Program-made: the position numbers and the translations under genes
Shown: positions 44,418 to 55,280 of the stretch, piece by piece
Layout: the number at the start of each line of letters is the position of its first letter
How positions within the stretch are numbered: the stretch's first letter is position 1
DNA from: Spirochaetales bacterium
GTDB lineage: Bacteria; Spirochaetota; Spirochaetia; CADAEX01
Assembly (NCBI GenBank): GCA_024233785.1
Contig: JACKPD010000011.1
Span: forward strand, 5,002 to 69,001
DNA length: 64,000 bases
Reading direction: 5' to 3'
The notes under the pieces: generated by a model
Told to the model about the DNA's origin: nothing
The model's input: only the letters and a program-made list of their open reading frames with translations
Database searches by the model: none

Positions 44418-46753
44418 AATATTATCCTGATAACATCTTCAAAATAATCAACAGGATAAAATTTTATTCCCTTTTTTATATGGACGGGAATCTCCTCAAG
44501 GTCTTTCTCATTCTGACGCGGAATTATTATGTTTTTAATGTTATTTCTTCTAGCTGCGATTGTTTTTTCCTTAAGTCCGCCAATCGGCAGCACAGCCCCT
44601 GAAAGAGAGAGTTCTCCTGTCATAGCGAAATTCTTTTTTATTATTTTGTTTCTCATAAGCGAGAATAATGCCGAAGCCATAGTTATACCGGCAGACGGTC
44701 CGTCCTTGGGAGTTGCTCCTTCCGGTATGTGAAGATGAAAAATATTATTTTCGAAAAAATCCTTTTTTATACCGTATTGAGGGGCAAGAGTTCTCACATA
44801 TGTATAGGCTATATTGGCAGATTCCTTCATTACATCTCCCATCTGGCCGGTCAGCTTGAATCCTTCTTTCCCTTCTGTAAATACAGTTTCTATCATCAGG
44901 GTATCCCCTCCGAAATTAGTCCATGCAAGGCCGATTACCATTCCAGGTTTTATTACCTTTTTGATTTCTTCCGGTCTGAAGCTGGGTTTGCCAAGATATT
45001 TTTCTATACTCTCTGATGTAATCTTAACAGGCGGTTTTAAATCATCAAGTATAAACTGTTTTGCTATTTTCCTGTGTATTCTGTCGAGTGATTTCTCATA
45101 GTTTCTCACTCCCGCCTCCCGGGCATACTGGTCTGCTATTACTGAAAGAGCAGCGGAATCGTATTTTACCTGGTGCTTTTTTATTCCGCTGGATGATAGG
45201 CTTTTAGGTATAAGGTATTTTTTTGCGATTGCAATTTTTTCTTCTTTAATGTAACCGGCAAGCCTTATAATCTCCATCCTGTCCCTCAGTGGAGGAGGTA
45301 TAGTATCGAGAGTGTTCGCTGTTGTTATAAAAAGAACATGGGATATATCAAACGGCAGGTCAAGATAGTGGTCCCTGAAACTTATATTCTGCTCCGGGTC
45401 AAGGACTTCAAGCAAAGCTGATGAAGGGTCGCCCTGGTAGGAGACGCCGAGTTTATCAATTTCATCTATCATGAATACAGGGTTTTTTGTTTTTACTATT
45501 TTTAGTCCCTGTATTATTTTCCCGGGCATAGCTCCGATATAGGTTCTCCTGTGGCCTTTGATCTCAGCCTCATCCCTCATTCCTCCGACAGAGAATCTGA
45601 AGAATTTTTTCCCCATAGCCCTTGCAATTGATTTTCCTATTGATGTTTTTCCGACTCCAGGAGGGCCTACAAGGCAAATAATTGAACCTTTAGTATCCTG
45701 TTTTAACTTTCTGACAGAAAGGTATTCAATTATCCTTTCTTTTACATCCTCAAGACCATAGTGGTCCTTGTCAAGGATTTCCTTGGCCGCAATTATATCA
45801 AGATTTTCCGGCTCAGGTTTATTCCAGGGCAGCGACACTATAGTGTCAAGATAATTTCTTGTAACGCCGAATTCGGCTGATACAGGTTCCATGAGAGAGA
45901 ATTTCTGCAGTTCCTGTTCTACCTGTTCCTTAGCTTCCCCTTCAAGCTCCAGTTTTTCGATTGCTTCTTTAAACCTTATGTATTCACTGCTTTTTGAATC
46001 AACAGGCATACCAAGTTCTTTTTTAATAGCTTTTAGTTCTTCCCTCAGGAAATAATCCCTCTGGTTCTTTTCGATTTTTTCGTTAATCTGGAGCTGGATT
46101 TTTTTCTGTATCCGCAGGAGTTCCTGTTCCTTTTTAATAAAAACAAGTACCTGTTCCATTCTTTTTCTTACGTTAAGTGTTTCAAGTATTTTCTGCTGCT
46201 CAGTCCTGTCAATATTTAGAATTGATGCTATGAAATCGGCAATTTTTCCCGGCTGATCAATATTTACCATATTCAGCCGCATTTCTTCCGAAAATAGGGG
46301 ATTATTCTCTGAAACCTGTTTCATTTCGGAAATAATGGAACGGGTAAGCGCCTTGACTTCCATTGTTTTTTCAGCTTCATCATTCATAAAATCCACTTCC
46401 GCTGTCAGAGGCTGAATTTCCGATATATAATGCTTTATTCTGAATCTTTTAATTGTGGATATAAAAATATTCATTCCGCCGTCCGGCAGGTTGATTTTTT
46501 TTACAATTTTTGCGGCCGTACCGACTGTATAAAGTTCTTCAGGTGAAACTTCTGATGATTCTTCATCTTTCAGCAAAACAAGGCCGAGCATACTGTCATT
46601 TATAAGGGATTGTTCAACAACCGCAATATCCTTTTTTGACATAATCATAAGCGGTGTAAATATACCCGGAAATATCGGTTTGCCAGAAAGGGGAATAATA
46701 TATAGTTTGTCCGGCAGATGCTGACCAGCAGGTATTATTTCCTTTTGAGACAT
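44414..46753 (-). CDS. lon: ATP-dependent Lon protease
   Basis: A Lon N-domain, Walker A GPPGVGKTS and the protease site KDGPSAGI. Confidence 0.95.
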   Translation of the reverse strand: MSQKEIIPAGQHLPDKLYIIPLSGKPIFPGIFTPLMIMSKKDIAVVEQSLINDSMLGLVLLKDEESSEVSPEELYTVGTAAKIVKKINLPDGGMNIFISTIKRFRIKHYISEIQPLTAEVDFMNDEAEKTMEVKALTRSIISEMKQVSENNPLFSEEMRLNMVNIDQPGKIADFIASILNIDRTEQQKILETLNVRKRMEQVLVFIKKEQELLRIQKKIQLQINEKIEKNQRDYFLREELKAIKKELGMPVDSKSSEYIRFKEAIEKLELEGEAKEQVEQELQKFSLMEPVSAEFGVTRNYLDTIVSLPWNKPEPENLDIIAAKEILDKDHYGLEDVKERIIEYLSVRKLKQDTKGSIICLVGPPGVGKTSIGKSIARAMGKKFFRFSVGGMRDEAEIKGHRRTYIGAMPGKIIQGLKIVKTKNPVFMIDEIDKLGVSYQGDPSSALLEVLDPEQNISFRDHYLDLPFDISHVLFITTANTLDTIPPPLRDRMEIIRLAGYIKEEKIAIAKKYLIPKSLSSSGIKKHQVKYDSAALSVIADQYAREAGVRNYEKSLDRIHRKIAKQFILDDLKPPVKITSESIEKYLGKPSFRPEEIKKVIKPGMVIGLAWTNFGGDTLMIETVFTEGKEGFKLTGQMGDVMKESANIAYTYVRTLAPQYGIKKDFFENNIFHLHIPEGATPKDGPSAGITMASALFSLMRNKIIKKNFAMTGELSLSGAVLPIGGLKEKTIAARRNNIKNIIIPRQNEKDLEEIPVHIKKGIKFYPVDYFEDVIRIIF

Positions 46754-46855
46754 TATAAAAACTCCTGATAAAATAATAAGTTAAATAATTATTCAATAAT
46801 TATATTAAAGCTAATTATTATTGTATAATGTTGTCAAGGAAAAAGAACTTTCAGG

Positions 46856-47620
46856 ATGAACAGAAACCTAAAAATAGATGGAATAGTTATACGGAATTAC
46901 AGGATACATGATTATCACAAGGGGAGTGTTGTCTTCTCGCCACAGAAAGGAATAATTAATACAATTTCTTATGGCGGCTATAAAGGGAAAAGTAAACTGG
47001 GACCTGCCGTTCAGCCCCTTACAAGGGGACATTTTGATATCTATGCTGATCCTTTGAGCAGGAGTATCAAGATTATTGATTATACGCCGGAAGAATTTTA
47101 TGATTCCATAAAAAATAATCTGAAAAAATATTATACAGCCCTGTGCTGGCTTGAAATAGCTGTAAAGGCTCACGGAGGAGGGGAAGGGGCTTTGGAACTT
47201 TATCAGCTGCTCTCTTCATCTCTTGATCTTCTTGAAAAATGTCCTTCTGAGCTTGATGACAGAATGATGGTTCAGTACCTGCTGAGGAGCACGGTACTTA
47301 TAGGCGGAAACTTCATTTCCGATGAATGCGGGTTCTGCAGCCGCAGCATGATAGATAATGAGACAATGTTTTACAATCATCATCACAGCTGTTTTATCTG
47401 TACTGATTGCGCTGATTTGAATAATTCCATGATCAAAATTGTCCCGGGAATCAGGAAATATATCGATTATTCATTAAAAAATGAAATCGGGCTCTCATTA
47501 AAGGCAGGAATCGAAAATAATTTATTGAAATACCTGAAGTCTATATTATATAGTATAATACAGGAATATCTGGAAGACAGTCTTTCAACCCTGCGGACAG
47601 GTAAAGAATATCTCGGCTGA
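46856..47620 (+). CDS. recO: DNA repair protein RecO
   Basis: An OB-fold N-terminus (IDGIVIRNYRIHDYHKGSVVF), a central helical region and a Cys4 zinc motif (CGFC...CFICTDC). Confidence 0.8.
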   Translation: MNRNLKIDGIVIRNYRIHDYHKGSVVFSPQKGIINTISYGGYKGKSKLGPAVQPLTRGHFDIYADPLSRSIKIIDYTPEEFYDSIKNNLKKYYTALCWLEIAVKAHGGGEGALELYQLLSSSLDLLEKCPSELDDRMMVQYLLRSTVLIGGNFISDECGFCSRSMIDNETMFYNHHHSCFICTDCADLNNSMIKIVPGIRKYIDYSLKNEIGLSLKAGIENNLLKYLKSILYSIIQEYLEDSLSTLRTGKEYLG

Positions 47621-47634
47621 TTTTTCGGCAGCTT

Positions 47635-49797
47635 ATGCTGGACCAGGTAAAACAGGTAATAATATACTTAATGAAATATAATAAAAAACCGATTGATTCG
47701 GATTCAGTCAAAGAAATATCGTCAAGATATAACATAAGCCTTCTCCTGTCTTCCATACTTGTAAGAAGGGGAATAACAAAGCCTGAAGACATCGTTTTCG
47801 TCCTTGAGGAAGATCTTAAATATATTCATAATCCTTTTCTGTTTCACGAAATGGAAGATGTTGTTGACCGTATACATGCTGCTGCTGATGAAGGTGAAAA
47901 GATTATTGTATTCGGGGACAGGGATGCGGACGGAATTACATCAACAGTCCTGATTGTTAAAAAATTGAAAGAGATGGGTATTGATGTAAGCTGGTCGCTC
48001 CCTTCCGGTGATGAACCATACGGTATTACGGAAGAGAAGGTAAGGGAATTCGCTGAAAATGACGGCACGCTGATTATTACAGTCGATTGCGGCATATCAA
48101 GCACCAAAGAGATAAAATACGCAGCTTCACTGGGCATAGATACAATTATTATCGATCATCATACTCCTGGGGAATCTATCCCTGAGGCGTTTGCGATTAT
48201 AAATCCTAAACTTGAAGATACAGGCTATCCTTTCCGGGACCTTGCCGGATGCGGGGTAGTTTCCAAGGTTATCTGGGCGCTGACATTTTCCGATACCGGG
48301 CTTTATAAAAAAAATATATGCATCCTGAATATAATTCCGGCCGGAGGGGGGTCTTTTACCGCGGAAGCTCAAAGAATGTTCAACCTTGTTAACACAAGCG
48401 ACCCGGTAAGGGAGGTTTTTGTTCCGGGTGTCATAAATGATCCAGGCAGGACCGGCCTGATTAAATATATGCGTGATTCAATTATTATTGTTTATTCGCT
48501 GCCCCAGCAGAAAAGGCTTTTTAGTGAAATATTCGGCAGCAGTATGGAGCTCAATGCCTTTGATATTGCTGATCAGGCAACAGAACTTTTCCCCCGGCTT
48601 AAGGGGATGAGTCTTCTGAAAATGAAAGAGGTAAGCAGGGGAGGCAGATACAGCGAAAATCAGCTGACAGAGCTTGATATACTTCTGAATTTATTTAACG
48701 CAGTTGTTTTAAAGCAAAACCAGATCCTGAATGACAGAATTGAAAATATAATGGATATGGTTACAATCGGATCGATCGCGGATATGATGCCGCTTGTCAA
48801 TGAAAACAGGATAATAGTAAGACACGGGCTTAAAAACATACAGAAGACCGCCAATAAAGGGCTGCACGAGCTTCTATTCAGGCAAAAACTGCTTGATAAA
48901 AATATATCAACATCAGATATAGCATGGAATATTACACCGCTCATTAATGCGACAGGGCGGATGGGTGTACCTGAAAAAGCTGCCGAATTGTTTTTTTCTG
49001 AAGATCTTGAAGAAATAAGGGCCCTCGCTGATGAAATTATTTCACTTAACAAGGAGAGAAAAAAGCTGGGAGATAACCTCTGGGATCTTCTTTTTAATTC
49101 TGCGAAAAAAAGCTACGAAGAGATGGATGAATCTCTGGTTGTTACCGGAGGAAGCAAGGTTAACAGGGGGATCACTGGGATACTGTCAGCCAGGTTTGCG
49201 TCTTATTTCAAGGTGCCTGCTATTGTTTTCACTGTTATGGATGACCGTATTGTCGGTTCTGTAAGGAGCATGAGCAACTATTCCATTATGGCTATGCTGA
49301 ATTTCTGCAGTGATCTTTTTCTTGATTTCGGCGGCCATGATTTTGCCGGCGGGTTTTCCATGGAAAAGGAAAATCTTGATACATTAAAAAAGAGACTTCT
49401 GGATTATATAAAAAACAGTACCAGAATTAACAGGGAAGACCGTATTATTGATATAGATGCTGAACTTCCGCCAGGATACCTTAACCAGGAAATTGTTGAT
49501 GTAGTCAGCGCAATGATGCCTTTCGGAGAGGGGAATCCTGCTCTTTTATTTCTTGCCAGATCATTAAAGGTAAAAAATATAGAAATTATGGGTAATAAAG
49601 CAGCCGGTCATCTCAAGCTTGTCCTTGAATCAGGCAATATACCCTGGCCCGCAGTTTTCTGGAACGGAGCTGAAAAAGCAGGCAGGGATGTTTCAATTGA
49701 TGACACGGTAGATATAATTTTCAGGTTAAGGAATAATTATTTCATAAACAACAATATACCCCAGCTTGATATTATTGACATGGAAAGAATCATCTGA
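47635..49797 (+). CDS. recJ: single-stranded-DNA-specific exonuclease RecJ
   Basis: DHH motifs (IIVFGDRDADGITS, TVDCG, IIDHH) and a DHHA1 block (GGHDFAGG). The exact start is uncertain. Confidence 0.9.
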   Translation: MLDQVKQVIIYLMKYNKKPIDSDSVKEISSRYNISLLLSSILVRRGITKPEDIVFVLEEDLKYIHNPFLFHEMEDVVDRIHAAADEGEKIIVFGDRDADGITSTVLIVKKLKEMGIDVSWSLPSGDEPYGITEEKVREFAENDGTLIITVDCGISSTKEIKYAASLGIDTIIIDHHTPGESIPEAFAIINPKLEDTGYPFRDLAGCGVVSKVIWALTFSDTGLYKKNICILNIIPAGGGSFTAEAQRMFNLVNTSDPVREVFVPGVINDPGRTGLIKYMRDSIIIVYSLPQQKRLFSEIFGSSMELNAFDIADQATELFPRLKGMSLLKMKEVSRGGRYSENQLTELDILLNLFNAVVLKQNQILNDRIENIMDMVTIGSIADMMPLVNENRIIVRHGLKNIQKTANKGLHELLFRQKLLDKNISTSDIAWNITPLINATGRMGVPEKAAELFFSEDLEEIRALADEIISLNKERKKLGDNLWDLLFNSAKKSYEEMDESLVVTGGSKVNRGITGILSARFASYFKVPAIVFTVMDDRIVGSVRSMSNYSIMAMLNFCSDLFLDFGGHDFAGGFSMEKENLDTLKKRLLDYIKNSTRINREDRIIDIDAELPPGYLNQEIVDVVSAMMPFGEGNPALLFLARSLKVKNIEIMGNKAAGHLKLVLESGNIPWPAVFWNGAEKAGRDVSIDDTVDIIFRLRNNYFINNNIPQLDIIDMERII

Positions 49798-50786
49798 TGT
49801 CTCCCAGGATAGTTTTTTCATTCTTTTTCCTTTTCTTATCATTTTGTGCCACTGCCGAGACTGTAATAAAATGTCAGGAAGAATCTTCTCCGGGGGAGAT
49901 AGTCAGGGTTACTGCTGTAACTTCTGATATTGTAAATAAAATCTCAGCTGAACTTAAAAATGAGAAAGGGATTCTGATCAAGGATTTTCAGGGATTCAGG
50001 TATAAAACTGATTCTATTCAGGGGCTTTCATCAGAAAGCAATACCGGACTTGACTGTTTTATAATCATTATCAGTTTCGACCCTGCCCTAAGGAGCGGCA
50101 AATATCTGCTATCTGTAAATATTGAGGGGGAATATCCTGAAAAGAGGGATTTTTCTGTGTTTCTTAAAGAAAGGGCATATAGAAAAGAGACTATTTCATT
50201 AAATCAAAACCTTTCTGATCTGCGTACAGATGATTCTGAAAGACGGAAAAAAGAAACACTTGAACTTATAGGATATTTGAATACCTTTAACAGTGAAAAT
50301 ATTCTTGCTGATACAAATATCATGAAACCGATTATGAATAATCCGGTTACTACTTCATTCTTCGGTGATATCAGGAATTTCATATATAAAAGCGGTGAAA
50401 ATGTCAATTCTGTCCATAACGGGATAGATCTGGCAATAACACCGGGTACACCTGTACACTGCAGCGCGTCCGGCCGCGTTATATATTGCGGCAGCCGTCT
50501 TCTTACAGGAAACAGTGTAATAATTGAGCATCTTCCAGGATTATTTACGATTTATTATCATCTTGAAAAAATATATGTTGAGACAGATCAATTTCTTTCC
50601 AAAGGTGCGGTATTAGGCCTTGTCGGAAGCACAGGCCTCTCTACAGGCCCCCATCTCCACTGGGAGATTAGAAACCAGATGACTCCTGTTGATCCTGAAT
50701 ATTTTACAGTCAATCCGCTGATTGACAAAGATGAAATTTTAAGTATTATTAATTCTGATTTTTCGGATTTGGCCAAAGGGAGGTGA
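49797..50786 (+). CDS. M23-family metallopeptidase (catalytically intact)
   Basis: HNGIDLA (HxxxD) and [15 protein letters not shown] (HxH). Confidence 0.85.
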   Translation: MSPRIVFSFFFLFLSFCATAETVIKCQEESSPGEIVRVTAVTSDIVNKISAELKNEKGILIKDFQGFRYKTDSIQGLSSESNTGLDCFIIIISFDPALRSGKYLLSVNIEGEYPEKRDFSVFLKERAYRKETISLNQNLSDLRTDDSERRKKETLELIGYLNTFNSENILADTNIMKPIMNNPVTTSFFGDIRNFIYKSGENVNSVHNGIDLAITPGTPVHCSASGRVIYCGSRLLTGNSVIIEHLPGLFTIYYHLEKIYVETDQFLSKGAVLGLVGSTGLSTGPHLHWEIRNQMTPVDPEYFTVNPLIDKDEILSIINSDFSDLAKGR

Positions 50787-51001
50787 TTTTTATCGCTTTT
50801 GTGAGAATAGATGATACAGAACCGCTCGAAAAAGCTCTTAAAAGATTTAAGCGAATGGTTGAGAAAGAAGGTATAATCAGAGAATGGAAAAAAAGAGAGT
50901 TTTTCGAAAAACCTTCCACAGTCAACAACAGAAAGAAAAAAGCAATCATCAGAAAACAACAGAAGAAACTGAGAAAAATGCAGTCGACTAAAGGTTACTG
51001 A
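50783..51001 (+). CDS. rpsU: 30S ribosomal protein S21
   Basis: [31 protein letters not shown] is a very typical S21 sequence. The true start may be the GTG at 50801. Confidence 0.85.
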   Translation: MIFIAFVRIDDTEPLEKALKRFKRMVEKEGIIREWKKREFFEKPSTVNNRKKKAIIRKQQKKLRKMQSTKGY

Positions 51002-51007
51002 TAACGA

Positions 51008-51037
51008 AAAGGGACTTGAATCAAGTCCCTTTTTTTA
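51008..51037 (+). terminator. rho-independent terminator after rpsU
   Basis: The stem GGGACTTG/CAAGTCCC is followed by T7. Confidence 0.75.
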
Positions 51038-51216
51038 TCTGTTAAAAATTGGATATTGAATATCTTTTGATATCCGCAGATGACAATATTTACAAAAATG
51101 ATTATAATTTATGTAACTAAAAAACAGTCAAGATTCTTTAATATTTTATAAGTTCAGCTTTTGACATAATAAGCCTGATTTAAATTTAAATTGTTTTTTT
51201 GTTTAAGGAGTAAGAG

Positions 51217-51804
51217 ATGTTAAAAAAATTACTTGTTATCTTTACATTGTTATCTGTTCTTTCTGTAATCGGTTGTGCTTCCAAGCCGGCTAAAGAAAAA
51301 AAAGCTGAGGAAAAGGCTGTAAAAGAGACTATGGCTGATGTTCCTCAGTTTTTTCTTATGCCCCCTACAGCAGAGGATGCTCTTTACGGAGTAGGTGTTG
51401 CTAAAATGTCTTCTCTTGATATGTCAAGAACAATGGCCCTTGCAAGAGCAAGGGATGATATTGCAAGACAGACAAGCCTTCAGATACAAAATGCCATAAC
51501 TGATTATGCGCAGGAATCAGGGGTAGACAGTACACAGACAATTAAATTCGTGGAAACTGTCTCAAGACAGATTGCAGAGACAAAACTTCAGGGCGCGAAA
51601 CCGAAAGAGATGTATGCAGCAAAAGACGGTACAATTTATGCCTTAATTGAATATAAAACATCCAATTTTCAAGCTGATGCAGCGGAAGTATTCAAGAGAA
51701 ATGAAGAAGCCGCTTTTTCTGAATTCAAGGCAGCACAAGCGCTTGAGAAGCTTAATTTTGAATTAAAGAGCAATCCGACGAAATCAAACCCTGTAAAGGA
51801 ATAA
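51217..51804 (+). CDS. LPP20-like lipoprotein
   Basis: Lipobox VIGCAS and an LPP20-type block (PQFFLMPP...ALYGVGVAKMSS...ALARARDDIARQ). Confidence 0.7.
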   Translation: MLKKLLVIFTLLSVLSVIGCASKPAKEKKAEEKAVKETMADVPQFFLMPPTAEDALYGVGVAKMSSLDMSRTMALARARDDIARQTSLQIQNAITDYAQESGVDSTQTIKFVETVSRQIAETKLQGAKPKEMYAAKDGTIYALIEYKTSNFQADAAEVFKRNEEAAFSEFKAAQALEKLNFELKSNPTKSNPVKE

Positions 51805-51861
51805 TGATTATACTTGATTTAATTTCGTATGAATCTTTAATCTTTAACAGATAAATACAAT

Positions 51862-51899
51862 CCCCGGCAAGTTCGGTTATAGGCTCTGCCGGGGTTTTT
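51862..51899 (+). terminator. rho-independent terminator
   Basis: The stem CCCCGGCA/TGCCGGGG is followed by T5. Confidence 0.6.
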
Positions 51900-52004
51900 A
51901 CTGCGGGCACCTTGAAAACAGTATTATAAACACCTGAGGAAAATGCGATTCCAGGAATTCCTGCCGCAAAGTGTCCGCAGTTATTAAATTCGGGAAAATG
52001 AAAA

Positions 52005-52826
52005 TTGGTTCTAAAATCTATCTTGAAAAGGTCATTAATCGTTGTTTCAGTACTAATCCAGTTATCCTGCGCCGGAGAAACAAGAGCTGCCAACCAAACC
52101 GGCCCTGATAATTATGGTAAGGCAATTGAATCAGAAGACATTTTTTTTGACAGTGTATGCAACACCCCCTACAGCAGGGGCAGCCTGTTTTTTTACGGAT
52201 TTTCTGCCCATTATACTGATATAGAAAAAGAGAATGATGCTATACTGGAAAGCGCTTTTGAGTCTGTAATTCTGTTCCATAATATTGACGTCAGTTATTT
52301 CGGTATTTATCTTGAGTCAGGCGCTGCTTTTCAGGGTATATCAAGAAAATTATTTATTGAAACTGAAATATTAAATGAGGAAAACATTAAAGAAAAACTT
52401 AAACTGCGCTATAATTTCAGAAACAGAAATATTTCAGGCGCATTGTTTGAGATTGAACAAAGTGATTTAATAAACATTGATTCTGATAATTTTTATGATT
52501 TTACAGGTATTGAGATATCTGTAAGAGAAAAAAAACCTGCCTGGATTAATATTCTACCTGAAAACAAAGATTATAATTTCAGTGTAGGTATATCAGAACG
52601 GTACAGCAGGATATCACAGTCCATAAGAAATGCTGATCTGAATGCGATTGAGGAGATGATTAAACAGAAATCGGTATCTGTTGTATCAAAAACAGATCAG
52701 GGTTATTACGGAAGAAATGGAACAGAACATTCTGCCGCTTATATAAAAGGTTTTTATATAATCAGAAGATGGTGGGACAAGGACATGAGAAACTATTATT
52801 CGCTAGGTGTTTCATCAGCTCAATAA
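52005..52826 (+). CDS. lipoprotein with C-terminal LPP20-like domain
   Basis: The TTG start gives a signal peptide with lipobox QLSCAG. The C-terminal block is PAWINILPENKDYNFSVGISE...NADLNAIEEM. Confidence 0.55.
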   Translation: MVLKSILKRSLIVVSVLIQLSCAGETRAANQTGPDNYGKAIESEDIFFDSVCNTPYSRGSLFFYGFSAHYTDIEKENDAILESAFESVILFHNIDVSYFGIYLESGAAFQGISRKLFIETEILNEENIKEKLKLRYNFRNRNISGALFEIEQSDLINIDSDNFYDFTGIEISVREKKPAWINILPENKDYNFSVGISERYSRISQSIRNADLNAIEEMIKQKSVSVVSKTDQGYYGRNGTEHSAAYIKGFYIIRRWWDKDMRNYYSLGVSSAQ

Positions 52827-52850
52827 CTCCATGATATAAAGGGGAATTAT

Positions 52851-54248
52851 ATGTTTTCAGGAAAAACTGCTTACTTTTTTGGAATACTCATTTCATCAGT
52901 CATTTTACTTAACAGTTGTATTACAACTACATCTGGGGTTTCAAAAAAAAATACCGGCCAGGAATCCCGTCCTGTATGGATCGACAGCTATCCTGTAGAC
53001 AGTGATTATTTTATAGGGATTGGCTCTTCAAATACAGGTAATCAGTCAGCTGACTATGAATTGGCAAAATCAAAGGCATTAAACGCTCTGGCAGCAGCAA
53101 TTTCTGTCAATATTAAAAGTACTCAGGATTTTACTGTAAAAGAAGATTCCGAGGGAAAATCCTTTCAATCAACAGAACTTCAGATAAATCAGTCTGTAAG
53201 CAGAAATTTCAAGGAGATCGAGGTTTTTGATTCCTGGTTTTCTGAAACAGAAGGTTCATGGTTTTATTACAGAATCTCGAAGGCAGGATGGGCGGAAATA
53301 CAGAGGAAGGAAAAGGAAGAAATTGCTTCCCGCGTAAATGGTGTCATATCGCCTGTCCTTTTATCACCGGATTCAAGTGATTTTGAAATACTCTCGTCTT
53401 TAGGAAAAGGCTGGCAGCTTGTTGCGGAATCCCCGTACGAAGGGACAATAAATGCAGCTATAAATGGCCAAAATGGTATTTTAATAGATCTGCTTGAAGA
53501 AAATATTTCAAAAGTATTGTCAGGTATCGTTCTAAAGGTTGAACCGGAGGTAATTGTAACTGAACCGGGAAGACTTGAAGATATTAAAGTAACTGTAACA
53601 GACAAAAACGGACGCACCCCCGGACCGCTTAAAATTGATTTTATCAACAAGGCTGACGGTGCGAAATTGACTGATATTACTACAGACAAGGATGGGCAAT
53701 TCTCCGGAAAGGTTGGTTTTAATCTTCTCCCGGCAGGTAAAAACACTATATATGCTTTAATTTCCATGCAGAATGCAGGCATAAATCCGGACGGATTCAG
53801 AAAAAAGGTATCAGTTCCAGGGAAAGAGCTGTCAGCAGTAATGAACCAGGTAAGTGTTTTACTTAAACTTGTCGTTGTAGGCGATGCTGAAATAGAAAGT
53901 CTTCCCGATTCTGTTAAAGCGCTTTTTTCCAGGAAAGAACTTGCTCTCCGTCTTTCATCAGGGACAGGAGATGAAAAGCATTCAATAATTTTTACCATGT
54001 ATTTCAGGAATCTTCCTGAAAACACCCACGGCCTGTATATAACAAATGTAAAAGCTTCAATATCCCTGATGAAGGAAGGAAGCAATATTTATTCATATGA
54101 AACAAAAGAATACCGGGAAGTAGGGCTTACCTGGGACCAGGCTCAGGAGCGGGCTTCTATCAAGCTTTTAAGGGATATCAATAATGATGATATCTTTATC
54201 ACAGGGCTTCATAGGGCGGTCTATTCCGGGCTTTCTCTTGATAATTAG
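52851..54248 (+). CDS. large lipoprotein with N-terminal LPP20-like domain
   Basis: Lipobox LLNSCIT, followed by RPVWIDSYPVDSDYFIGIGSS...AKSKALNALAAAI. Confidence 0.6.
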   Translation: MFSGKTAYFFGILISSVILLNSCITTTSGVSKKNTGQESRPVWIDSYPVDSDYFIGIGSSNTGNQSADYELAKSKALNALAAAISVNIKSTQDFTVKEDSEGKSFQSTELQINQSVSRNFKEIEVFDSWFSETEGSWFYYRISKAGWAEIQRKEKEEIASRVNGVISPVLLSPDSSDFEILSSLGKGWQLVAESPYEGTINAAINGQNGILIDLLEENISKVLSGIVLKVEPEVIVTEPGRLEDIKVTVTDKNGRTPGPLKIDFINKADGAKLTDITTDKDGQFSGKVGFNLLPAGKNTIYALISMQNAGINPDGFRKKVSVPGKELSAVMNQVSVLLKLVVVGDAEIESLPDSVKALFSRKELALRLSSGTGDEKHSIIFTMYFRNLPENTHGLYITNVKASISLMKEGSNIYSYETKEYREVGLTWDQAQERASIKLLRDINNDDIFITGLHRAVYSGLSLDN

Positions 54249-54254
54249 ATAATT

Positions 54255-55130
54255 ATGAATCAGCAGCAGATAAAAGAAAACCTGCAGAAGCTGGCAGTTA
54301 CTCCTGATTTTACAGTTATTCTGTCAGGCAAACAAAGCAGTAAGGTTGACGGACTTTATAAGCCTCAGTCACGGGAAATTATAATCCACAACAGGAATAT
54401 GAAAGGGGATAACGACACCATGTATACCGCAATACATGAATTTGCCCACCATGTTCACTGTTCTGCCGCCGGAACTCCCTTTTCCGGCCGGTGCCACACC
54501 AGAGAGTTCTGGGCAATTCTTCATAATCTGCTTAAAAAGGCCGAAGAATTAAATATTTACAGAAACGTTTTTAAAAGTGACGGGGAGTTCGCTTTATTTA
54601 CCAGAAAAATAAGGGAAGAATACATTAAAAAAAACGGGGAACTGATGAAAGAACTTGGCGGTCTTCTTTCAAAAGCCAAAAACATGTGCATAGAACGGCA
54701 CCTGAGCTTTGACGACTATACAGACAGGGAGCTTGGCATTCACCGCCATATTGCATCAGCCCTTATTAGTGTTTATGGACTTGATATTTCCCCGGAAATC
54801 GGGTTTGAAAACATGAAAACCGTAGCATCGGTTAAAATACCGGAAAAAAGAAATGAAGCTGAAAAACTTTTTATAAACAGGGAGAGTCCTGATTATGTAA
54901 AATCTGTTCTTGCGGGGAAAAAGAATGAATTTTCCGGAGGTTTATCTGCAGGAGAATCTGAAGATCCATCTAACGATGTTTCTGCAAGACTTGTTTCCGA
55001 GAAAAAGAAGATAATTAAAACAATCGAGACATTAAACCGGAAACTCAATGACATAAACACAAGGCTGAAGGATATTGAAAAACAAAAAAATATTTTCAAC
55101 GATATTATTGACATCGAAAAAACAATATGA
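54255..55130 (+). CDS. hypothetical protein with HExxH metalloprotease-like motif and C-terminal coiled coil
   Basis: AIHEFAHHVH (HExxH), then a Lys/Glu-rich helical tail. It is cytoplasmic by the absence of a signal peptide. Confidence 0.5.
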   Translation: MNQQQIKENLQKLAVTPDFTVILSGKQSSKVDGLYKPQSREIIIHNRNMKGDNDTMYTAIHEFAHHVHCSAAGTPFSGRCHTREFWAILHNLLKKAEELNIYRNVFKSDGEFALFTRKIREEYIKKNGELMKELGGLLSKAKNMCIERHLSFDDYTDRELGIHRHIASALISVYGLDISPEIGFENMKTVASVKIPEKRNEAEKLFINRESPDYVKSVLAGKKNEFSGGLSAGESEDPSNDVSARLVSEKKKIIKTIETLNRKLNDINTRLKDIEKQKNIFNDIIDIEKTI

Positions 55131-55147
55131 TATTGTCCATTTTGTAA

Positions 55148-55220
<73 letters not shown>

Positions 55221-55222
55221 TA

Positions 55223-55260
55223 GGGTAAGTACTTGTTATATAAGGACTTACCCTTTTTTT
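55223..55260 (+). terminator. rho-independent terminator after tRNA-Val(UAC)
   Basis: The stem GGGTAAGT/ACTTACCC is followed by T7. Confidence 0.6.
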
Positions 55261-55280
55261 ATTTTATTGAGGGAGAAAAG

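Noticed and set aside
51752-52093. 113-aa minus-strand ORF spanning the gap between two LPP20-like genes
   Set aside because: It overlaps the 3' end of one plus-strand gene, a plus-strand terminator hairpin (51862-51899), and the signal-peptide region of the next gene. It has no motif and is probably a shadow ORF.
53267-54085. 272-aa ORF on the minus strand inside the 52851-54248 lipoprotein gene
   Set aside because: It lies entirely antisense to a longer ORF that has a signal peptide, a lipobox and a recognisable domain. Its composition is Ser/Phe/Ile-rich and typical of shadow frames, and it has no RBS or motif. The antisense ORFs at 15789-16211, 20624-21130, 20668-20964, 22379-22861, 6261-6656, 6691-7110, 14651-15022 and 48660-49052 are rejected for the same reason.
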